This document shows positions 1-11,758 of a stretch of 64,000 bases of DNA, piece after piece. How positions within the stretch are numbered: the first letter of the stretch is position 1; every line of letters begins with the position of its first letter. Below the pieces are notes generated by a model that was given only the letters and a program-made list of their open reading frames with translations, searched no databases and had not been told where the DNA came from. Where the stretch lies: positions 28,272,001 through 28,336,000 of the forward strand of contig OZ004608.1 of NCBI GenBank assembly GCA_963924565.1. Direction: 5' to 3'. Position numbers and translations under genes: made by a program. This DNA comes from Ascidiella aspersa (Eukaryota).

Positions 1-1223
1 TGAGCAGGCATGTTTTATGCGAGTTGCGAGCAGAATTATGGCAAAACTGTGGGGCAGGTTGAGCGGTACTTATAGAAAGCCTTGTTTAAACGAATAAGAT
101 TGTGTGAGTGTTTCTTAAACTGTTATTGACCAAATGGGGAGAAAATTCATTAAGAATTAAATGTCCAGACACAAAAATTTGTATTAAGTTAATAGGATAA
201 AAACCAAAGAAAGACATAAACCAGAGACAGTAGGCCCGGGGTCCCAGGTCAACGAACTGGGTACCACCCTGGAACTCCATGAGCGCCGTTTTGACGATCA
301 ACCGCTCAGCTGCGTCACATGTCACATTGAAAAACCCAATAAACGCATTTTTTCGCGCTTTGCGCGAGACTATATTTCAGTTCTATTTTTTGCACGAGAT
401 CATTATAGAACAACAAGTATATGTTTACCAATGATCGTTTACGTTATGACTTAACTTTCCGACGTCATTTTCAAAAAAATTACTGGCGGCCGTTAGGTCA
501 ATAAAGACAGTCAATGAGGCCGTCAACAGCTAAAAGGTTGGGCACCCCTGAGTTTGACTACAACTCAAACGCAACAACAATATGAAAAAATGACAGTTTT
601 GCCTACTGGTGGTAGCTACTTTCTATATAAGGCTGCGTTTTTGCTTAAACTCCCAAAACAACATTTAATGTTTTATTTTTTTCAATAACCTAAGAAATTT
701 AACTGAAATGTGAAAATTAGGACAGCGCAGCCCTCTTTCGTTCTATATATTTTTGATTTTATTAAAGTACATGAAATTGGATTTCCCGAGGAATCCAATT
801 ATTATAATGTTTAGCCAGGTTTGTGTTTTTTTATTTTTATTTTTCGTAAATTATTCTTTAATAATCCTTAGGCTACCGATTCCAAAACCAAAGAGATTTA
901 CCTACAACAAATTAAAAAGCTCCACGACCCCGTTCCCCAGTCCGCACACAACCATTTTGTGAGTGACCAGTGTTGCAGGGCTTTAAACGGTTTCAGCAGT
1001 ACGCATACGCAATCTTAGCTGCGTGAATAACGTTTGCCGCATGAATCAATTTCGCTACGTGAAGTGAGACAACGTAAAGTGACGCAGCAGAAAAACACCT
1101 AACGAGCGCGGTTTGGGCACTTGCATGCCACGGACGGTACATAGATAATTTTTTTTTTAACTGATGCGACTGCAACAAACCCTACTCCGCCTTAACAGCT
1201 TGGCAAGAGCAACCGAGCTTAGC

Positions 1224-4200
1224 ATGGCTTCTTCTGTGACTCTGAGAAACATTACGACGAACGAGGACATAGAACGAGCCGTAAAGTTTGCCTGGGAATC
1301 TTTGAACGACGAGCCGGTTGCGTCTATGATGAATATTCAGCGCGAGGAGTTTTTGGAAGAAGATGGCCTCACCATGAAAGTAAGTCAACGCTTAAGGCTT
1401 CGTTTTTTTGGGAGACCACGAAAGAACAGCGTTTTTTTACAGCGTTAACTTCGTAACAAAATTATGTTTCGTTGAATATTTTTAACCTAAAATTTAAAAT
1501 TCGCACAGATTAAAAATGTTATTACTTTTAGCAATTTCTAGTTTAGCGTGAAATCGGAAGCATGTTTTGCCAACACGATTTTCTAGGCTTTGTGATACTA
1601 ATAGCCAATTCTAATGCTTTTAAACCTGTATGTGTGGCGACCCAAGTTTGGGCTTCATTTCATTTGGTTAGCAGGCTGCGAAATTGCAGACGTAATACGA
1701 TGACCTGGCCTTAAGTATTTTAATTTAAAAAAATATTCCCGAGTCCAGAGTCCGGCCAAATGTAAGATTTTGTCGAGTCCCGAGTCCAGCCCTGACTCTA
1801 AAGTATAGGCCTACCATACGTCCTCTTTTAGGAGGATTTGTCCTCTTTTCTTAAGAAAACTGAATGGTCCTCTGAGGACGCTCAAAGATGTCCAAATGTC
1901 CTCTTTTTTTCGCATTTCGAGTTAGTTGCTCATACTTTTTTTTGCGCTAGCTCTAAGTTATTATTTAATTTTTGCAATGATTCCAATGGTTTAGCTGTGT
2001 TGCACACCACTCCTACAGCGCTGTACAAACTCTGTTTTTGCCAACTTTAACATTAAAACGGCAAAAAAAATTTTCGCGAATCTTTTCTACCTATATGTTA
2101 ACTTTTTTTAGCACAAAGTCTCTTTAAGTGCCATTGCATGTTTTCGTATCATTAAAGGTATAACGACCCTATTTCAAGTTTTGCTAACTTATAGATAAAC
2201 GATAAAATTCATCCACCGTTCGAACTATTTTTTATCCATGTTTTATTTAATTGGATAACAGGCTAGCAACAGGGGACTCAAACTTTTTCGCGCGAATCGA
2301 TAATGTTTTTGCAATATTGCTGCTGTTGTTGTGTGTTATCACATCTTTTGAAACACGATAACGCAAAGTTTAATTTGTGCGTTTACATTTTTATTTGAGC
2401 TGACATCGCAGCCTTACAACAACTGTGGAGTGAATGCCCTCACAACACGTTTGTCAAAATCAACTCGTGCACGAGCAATTTGTTGTGTGCCCAATGCTAA
2501 AAGCCTCCTGAATTTACAGTTTAGCACCAATTAAACCTAATTTTTTCGCGCTTTGCGCGACCGACGACAAACTTCACTATTATCGAGTTGTCTCAGTGAT
2601 ATTTAATTAAAAATGCCGAAGTGCTTTTCGTAGAGAGGGGGGCGCAAGGCATGGGAAAATTACCAAGGGGGACACGGCTGTTAAATTTAGACAATATAAG
2701 CTATACATTATAATGCTGAAAAGGAAAACTCTGTTTACTGATGAGTACGCCAGAAGTATCCGTGTTTCAGAAAAGGACGTGTTAATTTCGAAGCTGAATG
2801 CAATACTTGGATATGGCACGTTTTTCTCAAACGTAACAATTCTACTTTCGTTTTACTTGCAGGCAAGAAAATGTCCTTTTTTAAGGTGCTGAAAATATGG
2901 TAGCCCTACTCTACAGTCTGTATTTTAACCATTTACGCAACTAAATTAAGGTGGATTTTTCGCAATCCACTCATTTTGATGTCATAATTGATCCACCCGC
3001 GCGCATTACATGATTTAAAAATATTTCACCATTTTCTATTACACTTTTACAACTTACATTTTGCCGCCTTAACAGTTTTAAAATTTGATACTGCGCATGC
3101 GCACGTCGGACTCGGGAATCGGGTAGTTTTACGTGGTCTTACCCGAGTCCTGAGTCCCGAGTCCGACTCCGGCAAAACAAACCGACTCCGTCGAGTCCCG
3201 AGTCCCGAGTCCGACTCCGACTCCGCAGCCCTGGTTAGAAATACTGGCCTGTACCTTACTGGCGTCCGCTAACACCATGTTTTTATGCATTTAGAGTTGG
3301 AAATATTGTTTTGTGATTGATGTTACGCTAAACAGTTAGAAAATCGGTTAGAAAAGTTAAGCATAGTTAGAAAAGCTTTTTTTCTCAAATTGTAAAACAA
3401 ACATTAAGTGGTAGGCTATACGTTGTCAGCAAACCTATTTTACCCACCAAAGTAGTCAAAATATTTTTTTACAGCAATGTGTATTTCGCTATTGTACACT
3501 TTATTCATTGTGCAAAACATTAAATCGTGTATATAATTACTAATTTCAAAAATACGTGACAAAAATAGCTTGACCGTTGCGCGAGGATGACACCGCAAAA
3601 TCACAATTTGCAAGAAAGTTAGAACTATAAAAAATTGAAAGAATTTGAACCCCGCGGTAAATATCGAAACGTCACGACTTGCACGCGTCATTCACCAGCA
3701 AAAAAAGCACGAACAGATTGACGCACCGCGGTAACGTTGCGGAAGTTACGTTTTTGGGTTCGCTTTGGTAGCAGGTTATTACGTTGATTGGATGACGTAT
3801 TAGCTAACGACGTTAATGCAAACGGACTGATGACACGGCGATAACGCGTAGATTTACAAAACCTAATTATTTCTTTCGACACGGCTTTCAGGAAATTAAT
3901 TCGCGCAACCAAAATCATGATAGTTACATTATCTTCTTGAAGTTTGGCTTCAAAGGCGTATAACAAAAATAACCAGAACCATCAGTATCACTATAAGAAA
4001 TGAATCCAATCACGTTAATCGCTTTACCTTAATTTGTCTTAGCTAAACTTCTAAATTCCCTTTTAAAATTACAGAGTTAAATATTTGTAGAATAAGGAAT
4101 GTTTTTTTACGTCAGTTTATTTGAACTGACAAAATAACTTGAATTAGAGACGCATCGTGCCTTTAGAAACAAAACTATCTACTTGACATGTCATTTAACA

Positions 4201-6557
4201 TCTACTACATGGTCCTTCAATTAAACTAAACGTTTTTTTTTGAAGTAAAATATGAAAGATGGCTTGTCTCTTCTGGCAGTCGACTCAGAAACCGATGTCA
4301 TTTGCGGCATGGCGGTTGTTAACTATCCCTCCCTGCAGGCATATTGCGTACGAAGACCCAGCACTGACACAAAAACTGGAATCTGGGCAAGAGTGGGTAT
4401 TTGAAGATATCGTTTTTGAAAAAAGTTGTGACCCGGAAATCCCGGTTACAATTTAAAGTTCTTTAGGCGATACCAATCCGGCGAGCTATAGTTTTAGACC
4501 AGGGATAGCCAACCTTTTAGCAGAACGGGCCGCATTTCATCCTAAAAGAATTCGATGAGCCGAAAAACTCATTAAATTAAAGGGGGTGACGTTAAAAGTT
4601 ACATATCGTGAGTTCATAAAACAACTAAATTATATACACCCGCTCTTCGAGAGTGAACTAGTGTGTAAATATTCAAGTGAAATCTCGGCCTTGAATCTTG
4701 GCGAAAAATTGAGTTTCCATGCCGTACCATGTTATGTTGCGACACCTTTGGGCTAGTATTTCCTTAAAACGGACCGCAAAAATACACATTTAGAAAAAAC
4801 ACATCTTGCTTAACAATGATGGGTGCACAAGCGTCCGATGGATGTTGAAATGCCACATTTGACTCGTGTATAGTCTCAGAAAAAATAGGACATTAGGCCT
4901 ACGTCAAATACTGCGCGTTCTACACGTTTTTATGATAGTCGAAACAATTGTTTGAAATAAAGGCTGCTGAAAGTGAGAATAAGTGTTGGGCCCCACGCAA
5001 GCATCAGGCGGGCCGCAATGCGGCCAGTGGTCCGCGGGTTGGACATAGCCTACCTGGTTTCGGCAAAAAAACAGTTAAATAAGTTAAAACAAAATAATCT
5101 ATTACAATTCATCATTTGTTTAATTTTAAACTATTTGCTTTACAAATTTCGATTGACCATTATAGATCCCGGGGATTATAGAAACTTGCTGATTTGGAAT
5201 TCATTAATTTGCTTACTCTAAGATTGTCATTGTTACAGTTTGCAAACTCAGTGATAAGTGAGTTTTCCAAAGCACTGAATGAAAACCAAACCATCATGTT
5301 TATTGACCAAGTATACGTTCACCCAAACTATCGCAGAAGAGGAATTTGTAAGCGCTTACTGATGAGGTAGGTTATAAAAATATCTCTTGTAAATGTCGAA
5401 AGTTTGTGAACGTCAAATAATGTCTTTACTAATTCGCATTAGGTTAATCGTTCCGATTTTAATCGGGGTAGGTTTAATAGGCAGATTCTAAATCATGGTT
5501 AAGAAGTTAACCCTCCCTGTCGTTTCTTATAATATATACAGCATTTCCTGTATTGATTGTTTTTTTAATTTATATTTAAAATAAAACGCTACATTTTTTT
5601 AATAAATTAAAGTAGAGGACATTTTTCACAGAAGAGAAAATTAAGGTAATTATAAATTGTTGCTTAGACAATAATTTCTTCATATGACGATTTACACAAT
5701 CTTGCAGTACAGGTACCAGATAAAAATCACAATAACGTAAACAGGAGGTCAATTCATTTACACGTAATCTGTAAGATTTCCGCGGGTTTTGGCCATGAAA
5801 ACAATCAAATTACGGCAATACAAAACTGCAGTTTATTGATATTTGTAGTGGTAGTGTATAGATTTGTCTGTTTGCGAAATACTTCCATGTTCTTTTTAAC
5901 TTGTTTAACATTTGTGTGTTGCGGGTAACACTAATTTACGGAATGATGAATGGTCGGAATGGTTGGAACGCTCACAGTATTATTATTAAATATAATAACA
6001 CTTGACCCACCTTCACCCAAACGCTAACCCTCACCCTAACTCAAATATTGTGCGTTGGTTTAACAATTGTTTTAACCGGGTAACACTTAAATTCGTGAGC
6101 GTTCCGACCATTCCGACCATTCATCATTCCGTAAATTAGTATTACCCGTGTGTTGCTTTATTTCTGCATTTCAACTTCTACAGTTTTTATCATTGTTTAA
6201 AATTGCCACAAACCTAATGCATCTTAAATGCAGCTTGACTTAATGACCGAAAAATAGTTTGGCTATCCATTTTTTATTTTATTGTAGTTTTCTTTTTTGT
6301 TTACCCAATCGTACAAAGACATTAATTAATCTATTGGTTTCAGAGTGGAAAATCAAGCCAGAGAATTAAGGTGCGAAACAATCGCTGCGCTGGCAACGTC
6401 AAAATATACCAGAACGTTGTTTTTAAATAGCGGATATCAAATAGCCAAGGAGGTTCTTTACAAAGATTACGTTGACTCGCTTCTGAAGACAAAACCTTTC
6501 TGCAATCCACCGATGCCACACACATCAACTAGTTTGTGCGTCAAACACCTCTACTAA
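1224..6557 (+). CDS. GNAT acetyltransferase, insect-type arylalkylamine N-acetyltransferase (iAANAT/Dat)-like; 4 exons
   Basis: Exons ~1224-1379 (MASSVTLRNI...LNDEPVA...), ~4259-4392 (DGLSLLAVDSETDVICGMAVVN), 5239-5366 (IDQVYVHPNYRRRGICKRLL, GNAT acetyl-CoA motif A) and 6344-6557 (ATSKYTRTLFLNSGY...FCNPPMPH). Introns 2 and 3 are GT-AG and phase-compatible. The exon1/exon2 junction is unresolved (see findings). Confidence 0.8.
4500..5051. mobile_element. Degenerate hAT-type MITE in GNAT intron 2
   Basis: Left end CAGGGATAGCCAACC, right end GGTTGGACATAGCCT, with GCGGCCC-type subterminal motifs like the other hAT MITEs here. TSD not clear. Confidence 0.5.
5923..6147. mobile_element. MULE/Mutator-like MITE (~225 bp)
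   Basis: About 50-bp TIRs (GGGTAACACTAATTTACGGAATGATGAATGGTCGGAA...) flanked by an exact 9-bp TSD GTGTGTTGC (5914-5922 and 6148-6156). Confidence 0.8.
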
Positions 6558-7539
6558 CGAAGTTTGGCCGATAATCGCCATGATCAGTGGCGTAGTCAGC
6601 CGAATATTTTTTTTTGGGGGGGACAAAAAGTTGGAAATTTTGTTTAGCTTCTGTCATTGTATTAACTGCCGTAACCAATATTAATGGAACATCCTAACAT
6701 TCTTTTTCCTGTTAGTGTTTTTTAATTTTTTGGACCAGTGTTTGGGGTCCCTAAAGGTCTACTTAAAGGCTTAAAACTTTCATTAAAAAATGGAATAAAT
6801 GTTGAAAAATAAAATATAATAGTTAGAAAAACGTTTTTGCCGCCGTATCCTTGAGTGACTTTCGACTATTTTAGTTCAGTCTACTTGTTTTATGGCGTCA
6901 ATATATATCGTCTCTAAAGAAATCATCCACGAAAACCAAATATATTTTTAGTGTCCGTGTTAGAAAAACTTTAAGAACCCCTACCCTACATAGATCTAGA
7001 CTATAACTATTCTATCTTAAATGTCCAATGTCCTCCACACGTACATTTAAACGAGCATCAAATGTATATTTTTGTACTTTTGTAAGCGTGATATTTTCTG
7101 AGCGTTTGACAGTGTTATGTTTTTGTCTATTTTTAACGCTTTTTCAAAAAAACAAATGACATTCTCCAAATGTGACGTGATTTTATTTATTTTAAGACAA
7201 AAAAAATACCTATAAAGACAATTTTAAAGTCATTATCCGAATTGCTGGCGACAAACTTCGCAATTTAGTGTTCAAATAAGGTTTCTCCGGTTGCAATGAG
7301 AACAATAACATTCATAAGGCGAGAACCAGTAAATTAAAAGTCAAGAGGTGCGACAATTGATGTTTCATTAAGATATTGTTTTATAATATAGAGTGGTTCT
7401 TAACTTTTGACATTGTCGGGCAGGTAATTGAATTGTAAAAATCATTTTACGGACCAGTAACCGGAGTCATTAAGGCGGGATTCTGTGGCAATCACGGCTA
7501 GTCATTAACAAATAACACTTTTAAAGGAACACGGTACAG

Positions 7540-8036
7540 CAGTGGTTCTCAGCCGCCGGTCCGTGTCAACTTTGCTACCGGTCCGCCAAATGTCTTATAA
7601 TTTATATCTTAATTGCACAATGCAAGTCGTTAAAGGCTGCTTGTGCATCAAATTTAGAACTTCGTTGGTTCTGTAATTTGCAGCATTAGGACGTAACATT
7701 AATGGTCTACTTTGAACTTTATCATACGTCACAATGCTACAAGTGTTGTGCTTGTGCCCAACTGTTTAAAAGAGGGCTACAACTCTCGTTTAAGTATTAA
7801 ACCTTAAGACCAGTTGTACGTGAAAAACGTCAATAAAACCACGTAAAACACGTATGATATCAAAAAGACAGCAGCAAATTGCTCGTTACGTTAACGTTTT
7901 CGTTATTTGTGCTTAAGTTGCATACTTTTGTCGTAATTACATTTTGGGTTGATTTTAATTTTTGAAGGTCCACTGGTTCGCAAAATTTGTTTTGTAATTT
8001 TACCGGTCCATAAGCTAAAAAAGTTGAGAACCACTG
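7540..8036. mobile_element. hAT (Charlie/Buster-type) MITE
   Basis: TIRs CAGTGGTTCTCA / TGAGAACCACTG; 8-bp TSD CGGTACAG / CGGTATAG. Confidence 0.85.
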
Positions 8037-8493
8037 CGGTATAGCATTAGCCTAAATAGGGTTATCATGTAATCTAGGTTAAAGAAGTTATTGGTATAAA
8101 TTCAGACATATATTTGTGCATAAAATAATAATTATTTTAGTATTATATCCTAGTGCGAGACACCATAACAAAGATAACTTTTTCTGATGGGCGGTTAAAA
8201 TTCCTTAAAGGTTTGCTAAATTCTATGGATTAATATTTTAAACTAAATGGTGCACAGAAAAAGCTTTCTGCATGAGGTTTAGAAACAGACAAACACTAGA
8301 ATCGCTTCTGCTTTCTGCCTGAGATTAAAAAATGCCAACTTGTAGCCGTAATCAAGAAGCAGAATAAAAATTATTACACTGCAAGTAATTCGTGCTTTCC
8401 TGTCTTAAAAGACAACGCTCTCTTCTATTGTATTATCTAAATTTTCCGGACGTAAATTTAAAACCTCAATCCTGAAAATTTATGACAAAAAGT

Positions 8494-9411
8494 CAGGGGT
8501 CGGCAACCTTCCGATGTAATTCATCCGGCCCGCCGCCTCTTTGACAAATTAGATTACACTTTCCATTACTAGTATATTACACTTTTCATTACTAGTATGG
8601 GTGACGACGTGTAAACTCGAATATTAAACCAAACAAACGCTTTTTTCGCGCTTCGGTTCAATGCTTTACTGCCTCTGTAAATGTAATAAAACACATTTTT
8701 AAGTGCAAAAAATATCCGAGGCCCGCCTGATTAACAGTTGTTCCAACAGTTTAATAACACAATTCTTAGTTAGAATTTTGTGCGGCCCGCAGAGACCTTT
8801 CTAATTTGGATTTGGCCCGCGACTAGAAAAAGGTTGCTGACCCCTTACTGTATAGGCCAGGGGTGTTCAATTGATTTCGGCCATGATCCACCACAGCCAA
8901 ACCTGACAACATGATGATCCACCAAATATACGAATAGTAAACATATTGGACACGCTTTTATTCTTCTGGTGCTTTATTTATGTAAACGCGACAAGTTTAA
9001 TAGTTAATCTTGTTTAGTGTTTGTTAACGTTTGTAAGTCAGAGCGCACGTGGCGAGCAAAGCGTGCCCGATTTTTTTAGGTATACCGGCATTTCTTTTAA
9101 ATTTCTTGCAAGTTTTTATTACATTACCGACACAACAAAATGGTATAAATATATGTCCAACATTTTTTAATGCGTTTTCCATTGACGGTAACGAAGCGCT
9201 GATCTAGTTCAAAAGACCGCATCAAAACGTAAACAAGCCGGACGCAGAACGACGATTCGCGCGAAGCGGGAAATTTTTTGCACTTACGAGTTAAAATAGT
9301 CAAAAAGTATTTGAAATGGACTCGTATCTAGTTTGTCAAAGAGGCGGCGGGCCGAATGAATTACATTGGCGGGGCGCATCCGGCCCGCGGGCCGTAGGTT
9401 GCCGACCCCTG
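8494..9411. mobile_element. Two adjacent hAT MITEs (8494-8845 and 8858-9411), related to the element at 22504-23207
   Basis: CAGGGGTCGGCAACCT / AGGTTGCCGACCCCTG-type ends. The first is an inverted, internally deleted relative of 22504-23207. The second shares that element's right half (e.g. GCGCTGATCTAGTTCAAAAGAC, GTCAAAGAGGCGGCGGGCCG). Confidence 0.8.
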
Positions 9412-9917
9412 TTTTAGACTTTAGGTCTTACAATAGCATCGAATTGGGGCTTTCTGTCGCTAACTGATATCCTCAAACGCTCACAAAGATTAGCATTTGG
9501 GAGTCTCGTTCTATGCTTGATTTTTTACAAAATTCATTAACACTGACAATTGGTATTCACATGAAAACACTACAGAAAGTTTATTTTAAAAAAAATTTTT
9601 TTTATAAGACTATTAAAAGATCCGCACAAAACGCTGAAAAGATCCGGATCCGGATCGCGATCCGCCATTTGAACATGACCGGTATAGGCTATAGGCCTAC
9701 TCTATGTACCGACCTGTATTGTAAGCTTGGCACGAATGTCATTGTATATTCGCCAAAAATTCAATTTGGACTAGTGCCATAAACTGCCCACGAAGCTTTT
9801 GTGATGATAAAAGCGGGGTTTAACATGCCACGAGACATTTTTTTTTCATTTACATTGTTTAAACATGATTTTAAGTCCACATAAAATAAGTTTTTTTGAC
9901 ACACTTGCAAAAAATAC

Positions 9918-10427
9918 CAGGGAGTCGAACCGTTTGACTTTTCCGGTTCAGGTTCGGTTCGGGTTCAAGGATTTTTTTGGAGTCGGTTGAGTTTCGGTTT
10001 CGGTTTCGAGCCGGTTCGGATACAATATTGGTTGCGCTAAATCTAAAAATGTGGCTCAATAAATGTAAATAATAATATTAAATTGCAACTTGTGTTAAAT
10101 TTAGTAACGTGACGTAGGCCTATTAAAAAAATCAGCAGCTGATAATTGAAATATCTGAAGAACAAAAAATCAACGTTTTATTTAATCAATATTCCATTTT
10201 TGTAAACATTTCGAAACATGGCATAACTTTACTCTGCAAAATACAAGTTGTGACGTAATGCTGGAGTGAACCGCTTTTTTGATAAGTTCTGGTTCGGTTA
10301 AGGTTATTTCAAAATATTTGGTTCAGTTCCGGCTCCTTAAAATCTTACAGAAAGCGGTTCAGGTTCGGAAAAATTTAGCCCAAAACCGGTTTATAAAGTT
10401 CCGGTTCGGTTACGGTTCGACTCCCTG
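9918..10427. mobile_element. hAT-like MITE with GGTTC subterminal repeats
   Basis: Perfect TIR CAGGGAGTCGAACCG / CGGTTCGACTCCCTG; exact 8-bp TSD AAAAATAC. Confidence 0.85.
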
Positions 10428-10652
10428 AAAAATACCCATTGTTCCAGTAAATAAATTACAATGCTGACTCATCAGTAAATAAAAAGTGGGTTATTTCGCT
10501 AATAAGCAAGCATATTTGAAGATTTTTGTCAAATTGCAGAATTTTTTATAGACTTTTTTTATGCTATTTTGAGAAAAGTACAGGGTCTTCACAAAACACT
10601 AACTTAATTGTTGTCGTATTTGTAGCCTAATTTGCATTTCTACTTAAAAATT

Positions 10653-11756
10653 ATGCTGTTGCGTTTGTTCAATAGAACCTTGAAAACAAGGATTCCCAGC
10701 AAAGATAAACCTTGTTTTAAAAGTACAATCTCGTATGTTCAAGGACAATCGCCCAAGCCAAGCACACGGGAGTATTTTTACTACATTGATCACCAAGGCC
10801 AACTGTTTCTGGATGATGCAAAAGTTAAAAATTTTATATCGTGTTTTCAGGATAAAGAGTTTCTTGCGTTTTTCTTCAGTAGAGTTCGTTTGAATCAAAC
10901 CGGACAATATCAGGACCAGTTTCCATATTTTTCACCTTGTGGAAGGGAGCGAAATTATATTCGGTAGGTTTTGGTATATAAATTTTATTTAAATATAGTT
11001 GCTTTGAGAATTTCAAGCACTTGTCTGGAATCCTACCACATTTTTGTACAGGGTTCTAACATTATTTGGATTTATACTTTGACCTGATGAAGCACGGTTG
11101 TGCGAAAGCTTGTCGAGAATCAAATACAATTTGTCTTTATACAGTGCCACCTGATTTCTCTATTTAACATTATTTGGGTGGGCCAAGTAGTAGTATAATC
11201 TTTTTCAACTTCCTTTTCATTTTTTCCTTGCAATTTCAATTCAGACGACCCGTTTCGTTACTGTAAAACATGTAGTACGATTTTAGACCAGCACCGGAAT
11301 TCATAACTTTCTTATTGCAAAGCAACTTTGCTGTATGATACATAATATGTTCTATTCAATTTTAGAGCTTAAGACGAATATTTATTTTCCCATTTTAGAT
11401 GTGATGACCTGCCAATTGTGTACACCCATATTGTAACAAAGGCTTTGGGAGATACAGAGGAGTACTATTTGTCTTACGGAAACACAGGAGACAAGCTTAC
11501 AGTAAAGTTTACACCAGAAAAGCTTTGCATGCTCCCAGACAGCGGACGAGTTTATCATCCAGCTCATACCAAGTGTGGTGCCATTGGTCTGGTGAAATCT
11601 AAGCTTGCAATTGAACTAAGTCAATATTTCGGCTATCCAGGTGACGTAGATGGGACAAACGCCACAACTTTGCCGTCAAAATTTACTTGGAACGGTGTCA
11701 CATACACCCTGACCAACGAACTTGTTGACTTGGCAAGAAGAAAGTTAGACAGATAA
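10653..11756 (+). CDS. C8orf82: UPF0598 / C8orf82 homologue; 2 exons
   Basis: Exons 10653-10963 and 11399-11756, phase-2 GT-AG intron. Joined product reads YVQGQSP...REYFYYIDHQGQLFLDD...CGRERNYIR|CDDLPIVYTH...GRVYHPA...GLVKSKLAIELS, recognisable as the C8orf82 family. The basic N-terminus may be a mitochondrial presequence (inference). Confidence 0.9.
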
Positions 11757-11758
11757 AC

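Noticed and set aside
2988-3272. ORF with SPESDS repeats
   Set aside because: It is a translation of GAGTCC/GACTCC subterminal repeats of a transposon-like element, also seen near 1740, 30520-30890 and 36100-36240.
4259-4456. ORF MACLFWQ... as GNAT exon 2
   Set aside because: The GNAT-like sequence (GLSLLAVDSETDVICG) is in a different frame.
9871-10059. ORF with EPEPN/RNRN repeats
   Set aside because: Arises from the GGTTC repeats inside the 9918-10427 MITE.
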